Numbered from the stretch's first letter, positions 37,421 through 48,117 are shown. The stretch: DNA of 64,000 bases from Candidatus Paceibacter sp. (GCA_020724865.1 DYGA01000003.1:63901-127900); one strand, 5' to 3'. The notes: generated from the sequence alone by a model not told the origin. Translations and numbers: made by a program.

Positions 37421-38467
37421 TTATTTTATAGCCAAACCAATAGCAGTAGTTAATGATAATAATTGTTCAGTCGGTAGATTTAAATTTTTACTTATTTTAA
37501 TATTGGTGCTAATATCTGCCACTTCAGTAGGTAAACCGACTTTTTCAGATAAAATTTTATTCAATTGAATCATATTAGCTCCGCCTCCGGTGAGGAGTAG
37601 TTTTTCAATTGTAGTGGATTTAGCAATATTTTCTTGGTAGTATTTTAAACCAGTATTTATTTCGTTAGCCAAATTATCTAATTCTTTTTCTAAAATAATT
37701 TTAATTCCACCTTTGCATTTTTTTTCATCTAAACCACAAATTATTTTTGCTGCTTCAGCTTGACGAGGGGATATTTTTAATGTTTGACTTATCACTTGGG
37801 TGATTTTATTACCACTAATTGGTAGACTAAGGCTAAATTGTACAGCGTCTTGAGCACAAATAATTAAACTACTACGATTTGCTCCTAAATCAACAATCGC
37901 TTGAGCTTGTTCTAACATTTTTTCTTTGGGATAAATTGCTCTGGCTATAGCTAAAGCCTCAATTTCTAATGATAAAGGTACAAAGCCGGCCAGTTTAATC
38001 ATTTTAGTGTAATCATCGACAATTTCTTTGGGAGCGGCACCAATAACTACCGGAATTTCTTTATCATTTTTTTTATTTTCTAAGATATGATAATCAAAAT
38101 AAATTTCATCTAAAGAAAATGGCAGATGATGTTCAGCTGCCCAGTCGATAGCTGAAGGAATTTCTGTTTCCGATACATGAGGCAAATAAATAATTTTTAT
38201 AAAAGTTTGTTTTTCAGGGAGACAAGCATGAACAAATTTTGTTTTGATTTTAGGACCATAAGCTGAATTTACCAGTTCTTTGATTAAGTTGGAGCTTTCT
38301 TGGAGTTTAATAATTTTGCCATTTTCAAAATAACCGGGTGGCACATTGGCTTTGTTGTAATTTACTAGCTCAAAAATGTTTTTTTTATTTATTACTGCAG
38401 CTAATTTAAAAGATAAATCACTAATATCAAGTCCAAAATATGAAATTTTTTTATTACTGAAAATCAT
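37421..38467 (-). CDS. pilM: Type IV pilus assembly ATPase-fold protein PilM
   Basis: Actin-like FGLDISDLSFKLAAV N-terminus and DLGANRSSLI, LTGGGANM motifs. The probable start is at 38467 (MIFSNKK...), which has a TATAAT box 8 nt upstream. The track start at 38521 overlaps the upstream gene. Confidence 0.75.
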   Translation of the reverse strand: MIFSNKKISYFGLDISDLSFKLAAVINKKNIFELVNYNKANVPPGYFENGKIIKLQESSNLIKELVNSAYGPKIKTKFVHACLPEKQTFIKIIYLPHVSETEIPSAIDWAAEHHLPFSLDEIYFDYHILENKKNDKEIPVVIGAAPKEIVDDYTKMIKLAGFVPLSLEIEALAIARAIYPKEKMLEQAQAIVDLGANRSSLIICAQDAVQFSLSLPISGNKITQVISQTLKISPRQAEAAKIICGLDEKKCKGGIKIILEKELDNLANEINTGLKYYQENIAKSTTIEKLLLTGGGANMIQLNKILSEKVGLPTEVADISTNIKISKNLNLPTEQLLSLTTAIGLAIK

Positions 38468-38480
38468 AGATATATTATAC

Positions 38481-39881
38481 CTAATTTGGCAATTCTTCCC
38501 AAGAAATGAAAGTGTAATCACCAGTGGTGGGAAAATAGGGAGGTGGGGAGTATGTTAGTTTGGAATCATAAATGCTTTTAGTAGTTTGATAGCCATCAAT
38601 AACATTGTTTGAGCTGTTGACCCAAGTCCAGGTCCAAGTTTTATTAGTTATAATACCTCCATAAACCTCTATATAATTTTTAATACGTCTGTCTCTTGAA
38701 TTATAGTAATAAGCTCGATAAACTCGTCCTTTTTGTGCCAACATTATGGCATCAATGTTAAGATTAGATGGTGCGTGACGTGGAACTTGAATGTTTTTTT
38801 GAGCAATTAAGCCTAGTCTATTCGTGTCATCGCGCTCTACATAATTTATATTGCCGTTAATGTAAATACTGGTATTAGTATTTGGATTATCGGGAAAATC
38901 AGCAGAAACCAGTATGATATTTCCTTTAACTATTCCTTCAACCCAGACATCATCTTCAATAAAAATTACACCATTAGTTGGTAAGGAAAAGTTGCCGACG
39001 TATGTTTGAGTGTTTATTTCTTCTGCTTTATATTCATAACCAGAAAAGTCATCATCGTCAATCTGGTATAAACTTGGTTTTAGACTTGTGACGCGATAAA
39101 GATCATAACTACCGTTGTTTAAAAAAATTAGATGATATCCATAATTTGATCCATTGTAGTAGTGGCCATTAGTTTGTGCTATAGATTTTATATTAGCCAA
39201 GTCGATAGTTATCGTATTAAAATCAATTTCTGGGACAGGAAATTTCCACAGATCATTATTAGGTCCTGCGCCCCAAACGCCTGGCTTTTCTTCATAATTG
39301 CAGCCGTGTGAAGGGGTACAAATATAAGTTGATTTAGCTGATGTTATCAATGAATCGTTAGTTCCATCAATCCTTATTCCCCCGTTGGAATGCATTTCGC
39401 CCGAAACGCCTTCATTTTCACCAAGCCAAACATCAGAATTAGATAAAAAAGAAAAATGAGCTAGTGATGCTTTTCCATATTTAACTTCTATTGTTTTTTT
39501 AACATTAGGATATTTATTTATCCAGCCAGTTGATTTTATTGTTACAATTGTTGAACCAATCGGTGGAGGTGTTATTTCAAGGCTAAAACTGCCAATTATG
39601 CCGGTTGTTGGGTCTTGGTATTGATGGACATAAGGTCCAGGATTATTGGTACCGTCGGTAAAATCAGTTGGGTCGTGTGCTAGATGCCAACGGTAATAGT
39701 TAATTCCGGCTTCAGCTATGTGAAGTGCTTGGAGACGGGCAATTAAAATATTATTTAATTTTTTTTGCTGGAATACTACTCCAAGTAGACTGCTAATTAT
39801 TAATAAAAATACTCCTGTTAAAACGATGATCAGTATTAGTACATTTCCGCGATTAGAGATAATTTTTTCTTTTGTTTTCAT
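38481..39881 (-). CDS. Pilus-associated protein with N-terminal TM (minor pilin/PilX-like), 466 aa
   Basis: Hydrophobic N-terminus RGNVLILIIVLTGVFLL without the canonical G/FTLLE motif, followed by a large beta-rich domain. ATGA overlap with the upstream pseudopilin gene. Confidence 0.45.
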   Translation of the reverse strand: MKTKEKIISNRGNVLILIIVLTGVFLLIISSLLGVVFQQKKLNNILIARLQALHIAEAGINYYRWHLAHDPTDFTDGTNNPGPYVHQYQDPTTGIIGSFSLEITPPPIGSTIVTIKSTGWINKYPNVKKTIEVKYGKASLAHFSFLSNSDVWLGENEGVSGEMHSNGGIRIDGTNDSLITSAKSTYICTPSHGCNYEEKPGVWGAGPNNDLWKFPVPEIDFNTITIDLANIKSIAQTNGHYYNGSNYGYHLIFLNNGSYDLYRVTSLKPSLYQIDDDDFSGYEYKAEEINTQTYVGNFSLPTNGVIFIEDDVWVEGIVKGNIILVSADFPDNPNTNTSIYINGNINYVERDDTNRLGLIAQKNIQVPRHAPSNLNIDAIMLAQKGRVYRAYYYNSRDRRIKNYIEVYGGIITNKTWTWTWVNSSNNVIDGYQTTKSIYDSKLTYSPPPYFPTTGDYTFISWEELPN

Positions 39882-40507
39882 AGGTTGTTTTTTAAATTTC
39901 TGATTTGAACATCAGTTTCCAGATCAAAGTTTTCTGGCGCGCGATTGGGATTAATATTAATTCTTAAAAAAACGTGAATCAGTTTTGTTTCAATTAACCG
40001 AGCTGGTGCGGGCAAAGGATTATTAGTGGTGTCGTATGGGTAATTGCCGTTGTAATATATAAAAATTGGAAGTGTGTCGTTGTGTACATTAGTTGAAATA
40101 GTAGTAATAACTTCATTTTCAGCTTCATAAACTAGAGGATTACCAGTTGCCTCGATAACGCCTTTCTTGAGATTGGTGCCTTCAAGAAAATATCTTACGC
40201 GTTCAGTGCTTATATCTTCATCAATATCAGTATAAAATATAATTTCATAGTCCCCAGCGTATTCTAGTCCATATGAACCAGTTTCTGATTTAGAAAGTTC
40301 GCGTAATTCTTGAGCCATTGTGTCAATTCCATTTTTTGCTTGACGAATGGCTTCTAGCTGTTCTTGACCGAAAGCGGCACTGCGGTAACTTTGGATAGCA
40401 AAGTTATTCCAAGCTAAAATTAATATAATGAAAATAGATAGAGTAATGATTATTTCCAGTAACGTCAAACCTTGCTGAGTAGTTAATGATTTATTATATA
40501 TCTTCAT
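39878..40507 (-). CDS. Prepilin-type (class III signal) pseudopilin, 209 aa
   Basis: N-terminus QQGLTLLEIIITLSIFIILIL is the type IV pilin methylation/cleavage motif G-(F/L)TLLE. Confidence 0.65.
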   Translation of the reverse strand: MKIYNKSLTTQQGLTLLEIIITLSIFIILILAWNNFAIQSYRSAAFGQEQLEAIRQAKNGIDTMAQELRELSKSETGSYGLEYAGDYEIIFYTDIDEDISTERVRYFLEGTNLKKGVIEATGNPLVYEAENEVITTISTNVHNDTLPIFIYYNGNYPYDTTNNPLPAPARLIETKLIHVFLRININPNRAPENFDLETDVQIRNLKNNL

Positions 40508-43326
40508 TGAACAATTAATTTAATTGTAGTTGATGTGCCAGCAGATAGTATCAAAGGGAGAGTAGGGTCAGAAAGCTGCAAATCATATGATTGATCTGTA
40601 ACTGTTATTTGATAAGTATCCCACTCTATATCTGAAAGCATTAGTTGACCTTGGGCGTTGGTGGTTAGATTTTTGTTATATTTAAATACGTCTGGGGATT
40701 GATAAATTAACTTAGTGCCAATTAAATTTATGTCAACATATGGGACAGGAGTTTCGTCATATTGGTAGTTGAGCGTACCAACCCAGCAATTACCGAAACC
40801 ACTAGAATAGTCAGTCCAAGTAACAGCAAGATTGGTATCATTGTAGACAGTTATATCACTGATCAGTTGATCCCCAGTTTGTTCAAGATTAATTTGCATC
40901 TCTTGAGGCCATAATATATCGCCATTGGTACTAATTTTATGAGCAAAAATATTTTGATCGCCGCTTCGGTTGTCTTGCCAAACTATAAAAATTTCATCGT
41001 TAGCATTAGTAGCGGCTAATGGAAATGTTTGTTGAGCAGATGGTGCTTGATTAGGGAGAAAATTGTCGCTGTTTAGTAAAATATTACCATTGGTATCTAC
41101 TTTCTGCCAGTATATATTATTCTGACCTTGCCTTGCATCAGACCAAAATATATAAATATTATTATTACTGTCAGTTGTCAGAGCGAAGTTGTCATGATTT
41201 ATTTCCGGTATTTCACTGTTGATCTTAATTTCACTTGGCCAGATAACATTTCCATAACTGTCGGTTTTAATGAGATAGATTTGGTTGATACCTGAGCGAT
41301 TGTCAAGCCATCCGATCAATAGGTTTTCATTATTGTCTTTAGTTATACGGGGCGATGATTGAACCGATGGAATCGAATAAGTATTTATTTTTTTGTCATT
41401 AATTAGTTGGCGATTGCCGTCTGTGTCTAGGTAATTAAAATAAATATCACCACCATCTGTACGGTTGTCTTGCCAAATAACCGCTATAGATCCGGATGCG
41501 AAAGTAGTTCCTGGTAATGTTTTAAAAGCATTAGATATGTCTGCATTAACTTTACGACTCCCATTCCACAAATTGGTGCCAAAACCGTTGGTTTTGGTCA
41601 TATAGATATCAGAATTATCAGTACTATTTTCAGTCCAAACCGTGTAAATATTGTCGTTTCCGTCTATAGTAATATCTGGGTTGGTTTGGTTGGTGGCTTG
41701 TGAGTAAGCAAGGTCATTAATCCACAGTTTATTACCGGTGAAATTATAACTTTGTCCGTATGATTTGGCTGTGATTGTATCATCACGGTAGTCTTCCCAA
41801 ATAAAGTAAAATTTATTATTATTAGCAACAAGACGTGGATAAAAGTGGTCGGTAGTAGTAACACCAGTATTAATTTGCCAATTTCCTGGCAGAGTACGGG
41901 AGACAGTGTTGATTGTAATGGTGCTAAGAAGATCTATAGAAAAACTTACCTCGGTCGTTTTATTTTCAACAACTACTATTGGTGGTCGCGTTGGCGTAGG
42001 GTAATCTATGGTTTGGGTATAGGTTTGGTCAGTACTATAACCGCTTTTGCTTACGATAACTTGATATTGATCACTAACTGGCGCACCAGGTAGTATGAGA
42101 CGACCGTTATCGTTAGTTGACAAATTGAGATCTATCTGAGGGATTAATGTGTCATTCACAATATGAACATTAGCTTGAGGTACAGGTAAGCCATTAGAGT
42201 CAAAGACATTGATAACTATGGTACCACCGCTTTCGGTAGTTTCAATACCGGATGGCGCGACATCAGTTAACAAATATATTTTTTGTTGGCCATAAGGTGT
42301 TTGCCAACTGACTGTTATTTTGACCCGTTTGTAATCTGTATTTAGAAGATCTTCCGGCAGTGTATAGGGAAAAGGGTTATTTAATATCCAAAAATCGTCA
42401 ATAGCACCATTGGCATTTTGCGTTGCATAGGAACTGGCATTCCCTATGTAAACGTAGTTGCAGTTTGTTGGGGCAATAATGGTACCTGACGCTTCGTAGC
42501 CGATTTCTTGATTGTCGCGGTAGACGGAAATAATATTATTTTCGCTGTCATAGGCAACTTCAATAAAATACCACTGTCCCACATTCCATTCTAGAGGATG
42601 AGTCGATATGTACTGGGCGCTGGGCGAAACTCCATAGTCGAAACGAAGCTTATTTGAATTTTCTCGTACTAGTGTAAAAATTCCGTTACAACCGCTTATA
42701 TTTATAAGGTATCTGTCACTGCTTTCGTTTTTGTCATTAGGAGTGTACCAAAATCCGATTCGTCCTTTGGCAGTGTTGATGTTATTTGTAACTTGCAAGC
42801 GAGAGTAATCGGCTTCGTTTTTTGGTAAATATAGTATAGCCTGGTTTGCAACACCACTGGTTGATGTTAGAGTAGATGCAATATTAATCGTTCCGGCGCC
42901 TTTTTGTGGAGTTTGATCGTTACTAATAGAATCGGCGTTCCAGTAGAAAGTTACTTCTGGATTATTAATATTGTAAGGATTTTCTACTTCGCCAGGTGTA
43001 AGTGTTCCATCAAAAGGATCGTCAATATAGATAATTTCAGTACTGACCGTAAAATTTGTATTATTCCGATTAATTATTTCTGTTTGAGGGATAGTGCCTG
43101 CCGGGATTCCGCCGATGGTACCAATTTGCGAGTATGGTAGATTACGTATTAATTCAATTTTTTGATTAGCCAGTGAAGCTGCAGTAATTTTTAATTTTTC
43201 ATCACTAGTTAACCTAAGATATGTAGCATAAAGTTGGGATATTGCTACAACTATTAAAACCATTATCCCCAAACTAATAACTATTTCTAATAAGGTAAAA
43301 CCAAGTCGGTTATTTTTATTTTTCAT
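40504..43326 (-). CDS. Giant prepilin-like protein (940 aa) with a LamG/ConA-like lectin domain and tandem beta-propeller-like repeats (candidate pilus tip adhesin)
   Basis: N-terminus NNRLGFTLLEIVISLGIMVLIV is a prepilin leader plus hydrophobic helix. The GRIGFWYTP...WYFIEVAYD...ISVYRDNQEIG pattern is typical of LamG jelly-rolls. Six or more ~50-aa repeats carry D/N-x-IY...G-x-x-W. Confidence 0.65.
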   Translation of the reverse strand: MKNKNNRLGFTLLEIVISLGIMVLIVVAISQLYATYLRLTSDEKLKITAASLANQKIELIRNLPYSQIGTIGGIPAGTIPQTEIINRNNTNFTVSTEIIYIDDPFDGTLTPGEVENPYNINNPEVTFYWNADSISNDQTPQKGAGTINIASTLTSTSGVANQAILYLPKNEADYSRLQVTNNINTAKGRIGFWYTPNDKNESSDRYLINISGCNGIFTLVRENSNKLRFDYGVSPSAQYISTHPLEWNVGQWYFIEVAYDSENNIISVYRDNQEIGYEASGTIIAPTNCNYVYIGNASSYATQNANGAIDDFWILNNPFPYTLPEDLLNTDYKRVKITVSWQTPYGQQKIYLLTDVAPSGIETTESGGTIVINVFDSNGLPVPQANVHIVNDTLIPQIDLNLSTNDNGRLILPGAPVSDQYQVIVSKSGYSTDQTYTQTIDYPTPTRPPIVVVENKTTEVSFSIDLLSTITINTVSRTLPGNWQINTGVTTTDHFYPRLVANNNKFYFIWEDYRDDTITAKSYGQSYNFTGNKLWINDLAYSQATNQTNPDITIDGNDNIYTVWTENSTDNSDIYMTKTNGFGTNLWNGSRKVNADISNAFKTLPGTTFASGSIAVIWQDNRTDGGDIYFNYLDTDGNRQLINDKKINTYSIPSVQSSPRITKDNNENLLIGWLDNRSGINQIYLIKTDSYGNVIWPSEIKINSEIPEINHDNFALTTDSNNNIYIFWSDARQGQNNIYWQKVDTNGNILLNSDNFLPNQAPSAQQTFPLAATNANDEIFIVWQDNRSGDQNIFAHKISTNGDILWPQEMQINLEQTGDQLISDITVYNDTNLAVTWTDYSSGFGNCWVGTLNYQYDETPVPYVDINLIGTKLIYQSPDVFKYNKNLTTNAQGQLMLSDIEWDTYQITVTDQSYDLQLSDPTLPLILSAGTSTTIKLIVQ

Positions 43327-43330
43327 TGTT

Positions 43331-44563
43331 TTAAAATGATTGAGTCAATGAGTACATCGGCATAATTACTGCTACAGCAATACTGCCCACACCTAAACCT
43401 AAAATTAACATTAAGATTGGCTCTAATGTAGCAGTTAAATTATTCATGGTTTGATCAACCTCTTCTTCATAAAAAATAGCTAGTTGTTCTAATATGCTAT
43501 CTAGAGAACCCGTTTCTTCACCTACTGATATCATTTGGATGACAATTGGTGGAAATAAATCAGGTCTTTTTTCTAAAGTGGTGTGTATATTTACACCTTT
43601 TTTTAATTCTTCAGCCGCTGCATTTAACAATTCTTTATAGGAACTATTGTTTAAAACTTTAGCAGTAATTAAAAAATTTTCAGTTATAGGTATATCAGTT
43701 TTTAATAATGAGCTGGTAGTGCGGGAAAATCTAGCCAAACTTACTTTTTTCAAAATAGGACTAACAATGGGTAATTTTAATATAAATTTATGCCAAATAA
43801 CCTTACCTTTTTTACTACGTATGAATTTAATAAAACTGACAACCCCAGTAATGGCTATGAGTGCTACCAACAAACCATTATTTACTATAAAATCAGAAAC
43901 GGCTATAAGAATTTTTGTTGGTAAAGGCAAATCTGCTTCAACTTCTTTAAAAATTGCGGTAATTTGTGGTATTACAAATATAAACATAATTATCATTATG
44001 ATAATCATGGCGGTGACAACAATTGAAGGGTAAACCATAGCCCCTCTGACTTTTGCAACTAAATGATGGTCTTTTTTCATTTGCAGGGTTAGTTGTTTGA
44101 GTACTTGTTCAAGTTGCCCAGACATTTCGCCAGTTTTTAACATATTGATATATAGTTCGCCAAAAACTTTTGTATATGGTTGTAAACTTTCAGCTAAGGT
44201 TTTGCCTTTTTCAACATTACTGAGTACATCTAAAAGTATTTTTTGTAATTTTTTATTAGTTGTTTGAGTAGCTAAGGCACGCAATGCTTGAGACATGGAA
44301 ATGCCAGCTTTTATCATTACTGATAAATTTTGGGTGAAAAAAATTTTTTCGGAAACGGGAACACCAGAAATGTCTATCAGATAGTTGTTGATTTTATTTA
44401 TCCAATCTTTAAAGTTTGTATAATTATTTATTTCTTTGACTTGAGTTAATGTTAAATCTCGACTGGATAAATAATTTTCCAGTTCTTCTTTTGATGATTT
44501 TTCGATTACTCCTTTTTTTATTTCACCCTCTTTAGTGCGGGCGGTGTAAGCAAATTCAGGCAT
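43331..44563 (-). CDS. pilC: Type IV pilus / T2SS platform protein PilC (GspF family)
   Basis: Two GspF-type repeats and three TM segments. 410 aa, immediately downstream of pilB. Confidence 0.85.
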   Translation of the reverse strand: MPEFAYTARTKEGEIKKGVIEKSSKEELENYLSSRDLTLTQVKEINNYTNFKDWINKINNYLIDISGVPVSEKIFFTQNLSVMIKAGISMSQALRALATQTTNKKLQKILLDVLSNVEKGKTLAESLQPYTKVFGELYINMLKTGEMSGQLEQVLKQLTLQMKKDHHLVAKVRGAMVYPSIVVTAMIIIMIIMFIFVIPQITAIFKEVEADLPLPTKILIAVSDFIVNNGLLVALIAITGVVSFIKFIRSKKGKVIWHKFILKLPIVSPILKKVSLARFSRTTSSLLKTDIPITENFLITAKVLNNSSYKELLNAAAEELKKGVNIHTTLEKRPDLFPPIVIQMISVGEETGSLDSILEQLAIFYEEEVDQTMNNLTATLEPILMLILGLGVGSIAVAVIMPMYSLTQSF

Positions 44564-44564
44564 A

Positions 44565-46298
44565 TTATTCTTTAGTTACTCTAATAATTTCTTCAATAGT
44601 AGTAATTCCATTTTTGGCTTTAATAATACCGTCTTCAAATAGAGTTAACATATTTTGTTTTTTAGCCGCTTCAAAAAGTTCATGGGCTGAAGCTTTTTGC
44701 ATTATCAATTTTTGTATATCGGGAGTAATTTCCAAAGTTTCATAAATACCTATTCTTCCTTTATAGCCATTATTATTGCACTGCTTACAACCTTTACCGC
44801 GATAGAACAAAAGTTCAGATAAAGGTATATCAACTGAATCAATAACCTTTTCCTTGACTAAAGTAGTAAGTAAAGATTCTATATTATAACGTTGTTCAAG
44901 TTCTTTAATATTTTCTTTAGTTAAGTTATAGGAGTAGATACAATTGGTGCATATTTTTCTTACTAAGCGTTGGGCAATAATTAAATTGGTGGTGCTAGCG
45001 ATTAAAAAACTAGCAATGCCCATATCTTGTAATCTGGGCAAAGTGGAGACTGCGTCGTTTGTGTGTAAAGTAGATAATACTAAATGTCCGGTCATAGCGG
45101 CATGAATAGCAATTTCCGCTGTCTCAACATCTCTAATTTCACCAACCATAATAATATCTGGATCTTGACGAAGTAGGGAGCGTAAACCTGAAGCAAAAGT
45201 AAAACCGACTTTAGTATTTATTTGCGATTGGTTGATTCTGGGCATGCGATATTCTACCGGATCTTCAACTGTAGCAATATTAACTTTTGGAGTATTTAAT
45301 ATATTTAATATGGTGTAAAGAGTAGTAGTTTTACCACTACCAGTAGGGCCAGTTACTAATATCATGCCGTGTGGTTTTTCGATATTGGCTTTGACAATTT
45401 CGTAAGATCGTTTTTGAAAACCCAGTTGTTCCAAAGTCAGTATTTGACTGGACTCGTTGAGTAAACGCAAAACAATTTTTTCTCCATCAAAGACAGGGAT
45501 AATTGAAACACGGAAAGCTACTCGATATTGATCAGAAGAAATTTTAAATCTGCCATCTTGCGGTTGACGATGCTCATCAAGTTTTAAATTGGCCAGAATT
45601 TTTATTCTGGCAGTTACACCTGCTTGAGCATTTTTAGGTAAAGTCATTACGTCTCTCAAGATACCATCAATTCGATATCGAACTAAAAGCTCTTTTTCCA
45701 TAGGTTCAATATGTATATCTGAAGCTCCTTCAAAAATAGCATATTCAAGTAAAGTATCAACGATTCTTACAACCGGTAAATCAGTGGCCAATTCTTTTAA
45801 GTCCTGGCTGGTAGAAGTGGTGTCACCAGATTCATTTATAGCAGTTAATTCTTTAAATTCTGCTTTTAATCCTTTATGGTATTGTTTTAAAGTTTCTTGG
45901 ATTGAATGGGGAGAAGCAAGAAATATTTGTAATTTTAATCCAGTTTTTTTTCTAATAAATTCAAAAGTCTGTAAATCAGATGGTTCGGTAGTAGCAATTT
46001 TTAGTACATCATTTTCTAATTCAAAAGCTATTATATTATGGGTTTGAGCTATTGGTTCTGGAATTAAAAATAAAATATCCTTTCTTATTATTTTTCCTTT
46101 TAAATTAATAAATGGCAAATTTAGCATTTGAGCAGCTGCTTCGTAGAGAGTTTCTTCGTTAATAATTTTTTGTTCTAAGACAAGATTTTCCAGATGTAAT
46201 TTTTCTTCTTCAGCTTGGTGCTGCAACTTATCAATAGTTTTATTGTCAACTAATTTTTGATTTAATAAAATTTTTTTTATTAGACTTTGATTAAGCAT
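44565..46298 (-). CDS. pilB: Type IV pilus assembly ATPase PilB (GspE family)
   Basis: Walker A VTGPTGSGKTTTL, Asp/His boxes, C-terminal tetracysteine CTNC...CKQC and a GspII_E N-terminal domain. Extended -10 (TGTTATAAT) upstream. Confidence 0.9.
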   Translation of the reverse strand: MLNQSLIKKILLNQKLVDNKTIDKLQHQAEEEKLHLENLVLEQKIINEETLYEAAAQMLNLPFINLKGKIIRKDILFLIPEPIAQTHNIIAFELENDVLKIATTEPSDLQTFEFIRKKTGLKLQIFLASPHSIQETLKQYHKGLKAEFKELTAINESGDTTSTSQDLKELATDLPVVRIVDTLLEYAIFEGASDIHIEPMEKELLVRYRIDGILRDVMTLPKNAQAGVTARIKILANLKLDEHRQPQDGRFKISSDQYRVAFRVSIIPVFDGEKIVLRLLNESSQILTLEQLGFQKRSYEIVKANIEKPHGMILVTGPTGSGKTTTLYTILNILNTPKVNIATVEDPVEYRMPRINQSQINTKVGFTFASGLRSLLRQDPDIIMVGEIRDVETAEIAIHAAMTGHLVLSTLHTNDAVSTLPRLQDMGIASFLIASTTNLIIAQRLVRKICTNCIYSYNLTKENIKELEQRYNIESLLTTLVKEKVIDSVDIPLSELLFYRGKGCKQCNNNGYKGRIGIYETLEITPDIQKLIMQKASAHELFEAAKKQNMLTLFEDGIIKAKNGITTIEEIIRVTKE

Positions 46299-46377
46299 GG
46301 TTTTGGTTTGTATAAATTATAACATATTTTTCTAAAAAGACCAAAAGTATTTTTATATTGACTTTAGCTCGTTTTTA

Positions 46378-46758
46378 TTGGATGATATATTTATGGTAAA
46401 ACTGCTTTTCAGCAAAAAGAAAATATTTTGGCCTCAGAATATATTACTTCTTATAAATATTTTATTATTGCTGTTATTTTGGTTATGGATGTTTTTTAAA
46501 ATAAAAAATAGACAAGATTTAATACCATTACATTATAATATTTATTATGGTATTGATTGGTTTGGACCAAGTTATTATTTATATTTATATCCCTTACTAG
46601 CCACTATATGGTTTTTAATTAACATTATTTTTTCTTTTTTTTGGTCAAAACAAAACAAAAATTTTTTATTTTTGTTTTTTATTTTAACTTTGTTATTAAA
46701 TATTTTTTTAATTACCGGTTCTTTTTTAATAGTTTTGTATTACTTTAATATTAGTTAA
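46378..46758 (+). CDS. Hypothetical 4-TM membrane protein preceding mraY
   Basis: Hydrophobic profile only. 126 aa. Confidence 0.4.
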   Translation: MDDIFMVKLLFSKKKIFWPQNILLLINILLLLLFWLWMFFKIKNRQDLIPLHYNIYYGIDWFGPSYYLYLYPLLATIWFLINIIFSFFWSKQNKNFLFLFFILTLLLNIFLITGSFLIVLYYFNIS

Positions 46759-46759
46759 T

Positions 46760-47806
46760 ATGTTGGAAATTGCTATTATTAAGATTTTTTTTATTACTGT
46801 ATTATCTTTTATTTTTGCTATTGTTTTAACACCTTTGTTAACTCATTTTTTGTATAAATATAAATTGGGTAAAAGGATACGCTCGGAAACAAGTGCGCCA
46901 ATTATGTCAAAATTACATCAGGCCAAATCAGGAACGCCGACTATGGGCGGTATTTTGGTTTGGTTTACGGTATTAACCTTAGCGTTAGTTATTAATACTC
47001 TTTGGCACTTATCCGATTGGCCCGCTTTGCAAGATTTAAATTTTTTAACCAGATCAGAAACATTATTACCTCTAGGAGCTTTGGTCTTCAGTGCTTTAAT
47101 AGGTTTATTTGATGATTTTTTGAATATTAAAGGTTTAGGAACTGCCGGTGGTGGTTTAAATATAAAACATCGCTTAATCGCTTACACTTTAATTGCTATC
47201 GCTGGGGCTTATTGGTTTTTTTATAAATTAGAATGGGATATTATTCATATTCCTTTTTGGGGAAATTTTAGTATTGGTATTTGGTATATACCCATTTTTA
47301 TTTTTGTTATTGTGGCTACTGCTTTTTCAGTAAATGAAACAGATGGTTTGGATGGTTTGGCTGGCGGGGGTTTGTTGGCGGCTTTTACTGCTTTTGGAGT
47401 TATAGCTTTTGTTCAAGGTAAGTATGATTTAGCTGCTTTTTGTGGTTCGATCGTGGGAGCTTTACTTGCTTTTTTATGGTTTAATATCAATCCGGCCAGA
47501 TTTTTTATGGGTGATACGGGAGCAATGTCTTTGGGGGTAACTTTAGGTATTGTTGCAATGTTGACTAACAGTATTTTACTTTTACCAATCATTGGATTTC
47601 TTTTTGTTTTAGAAACATTGTCAGTTATTTTGCAAGTTAGTTCAAAAAAATTTTTAGGACGAAAAATTTTTTTATCAACTCCGATTCATCATCATTTTGA
47701 AGCAATTGGGTGGCCGGAACCAAAAATAGTTATGCGCTTTTGGATTATTTCTGCAGTTATGGCAGTTATTGGTTTAATTATATTTTTAATGGATTATTTA
47801 TTTTAA
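46760..47806 (+). CDS. mraY: Phospho-N-acetylmuramoyl-pentapeptide transferase
   Basis: Motifs TPTMGG, NxxNxxDGxDGL (NETDGLDGLAGG) and HHHFE. Confidence 0.9.
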   Translation: MLEIAIIKIFFITVLSFIFAIVLTPLLTHFLYKYKLGKRIRSETSAPIMSKLHQAKSGTPTMGGILVWFTVLTLALVINTLWHLSDWPALQDLNFLTRSETLLPLGALVFSALIGLFDDFLNIKGLGTAGGGLNIKHRLIAYTLIAIAGAYWFFYKLEWDIIHIPFWGNFSIGIWYIPIFIFVIVATAFSVNETDGLDGLAGGGLLAAFTAFGVIAFVQGKYDLAAFCGSIVGALLAFLWFNINPARFFMGDTGAMSLGVTLGIVAMLTNSILLLPIIGFLFVLETLSVILQVSSKKFLGRKIFLSTPIHHHFEAIGWPEPKIVMRFWIISAVMAVIGLIIFLMDYLF

Positions 47807-47811
47807 AAATT

Positions 47812-48117
47812 ATGAAAAAATATTATTTACAATCTTGGTTTAAACTGATTTATTTATTAGCAGCAGTTTTATTCTGGCTTGGTTTAGGAGTTATTTTTCA
47901 TGCTTTAGCAGAATTTCCTGTTTTATATTTTTTAACTAAAGATTTTACAAAATTTTCTTTGGGCTTTAGTTATGAAATATGGTTAGCCATACATAGTGTA
48001 TTTTCTATAATTGTTCTTATCTCTTCATTAATCGCCGGTATTTATTTTGGGTTACAATGGTATGATTTTATTTATATAAAATATGAAGGTAAATTCAGCC
48101 AGTTGGTTAAAAAATAA
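47812..48117 (+). CDS. Hypothetical small membrane protein (3 TM)
   Basis: Start at 47812 (MKKYYLQ...) in the same frame as the track ORF 47710..48117. The upstream part of the track ORF overlaps mraY. Confidence 0.35.
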   Translation: MKKYYLQSWFKLIYLLAAVLFWLGLGVIFHALAEFPVLYFLTKDFTKFSLGFSYEIWLAIHSVFSIIVLISSLIAGIYFGLQWYDFIYIKYEGKFSQLVKK

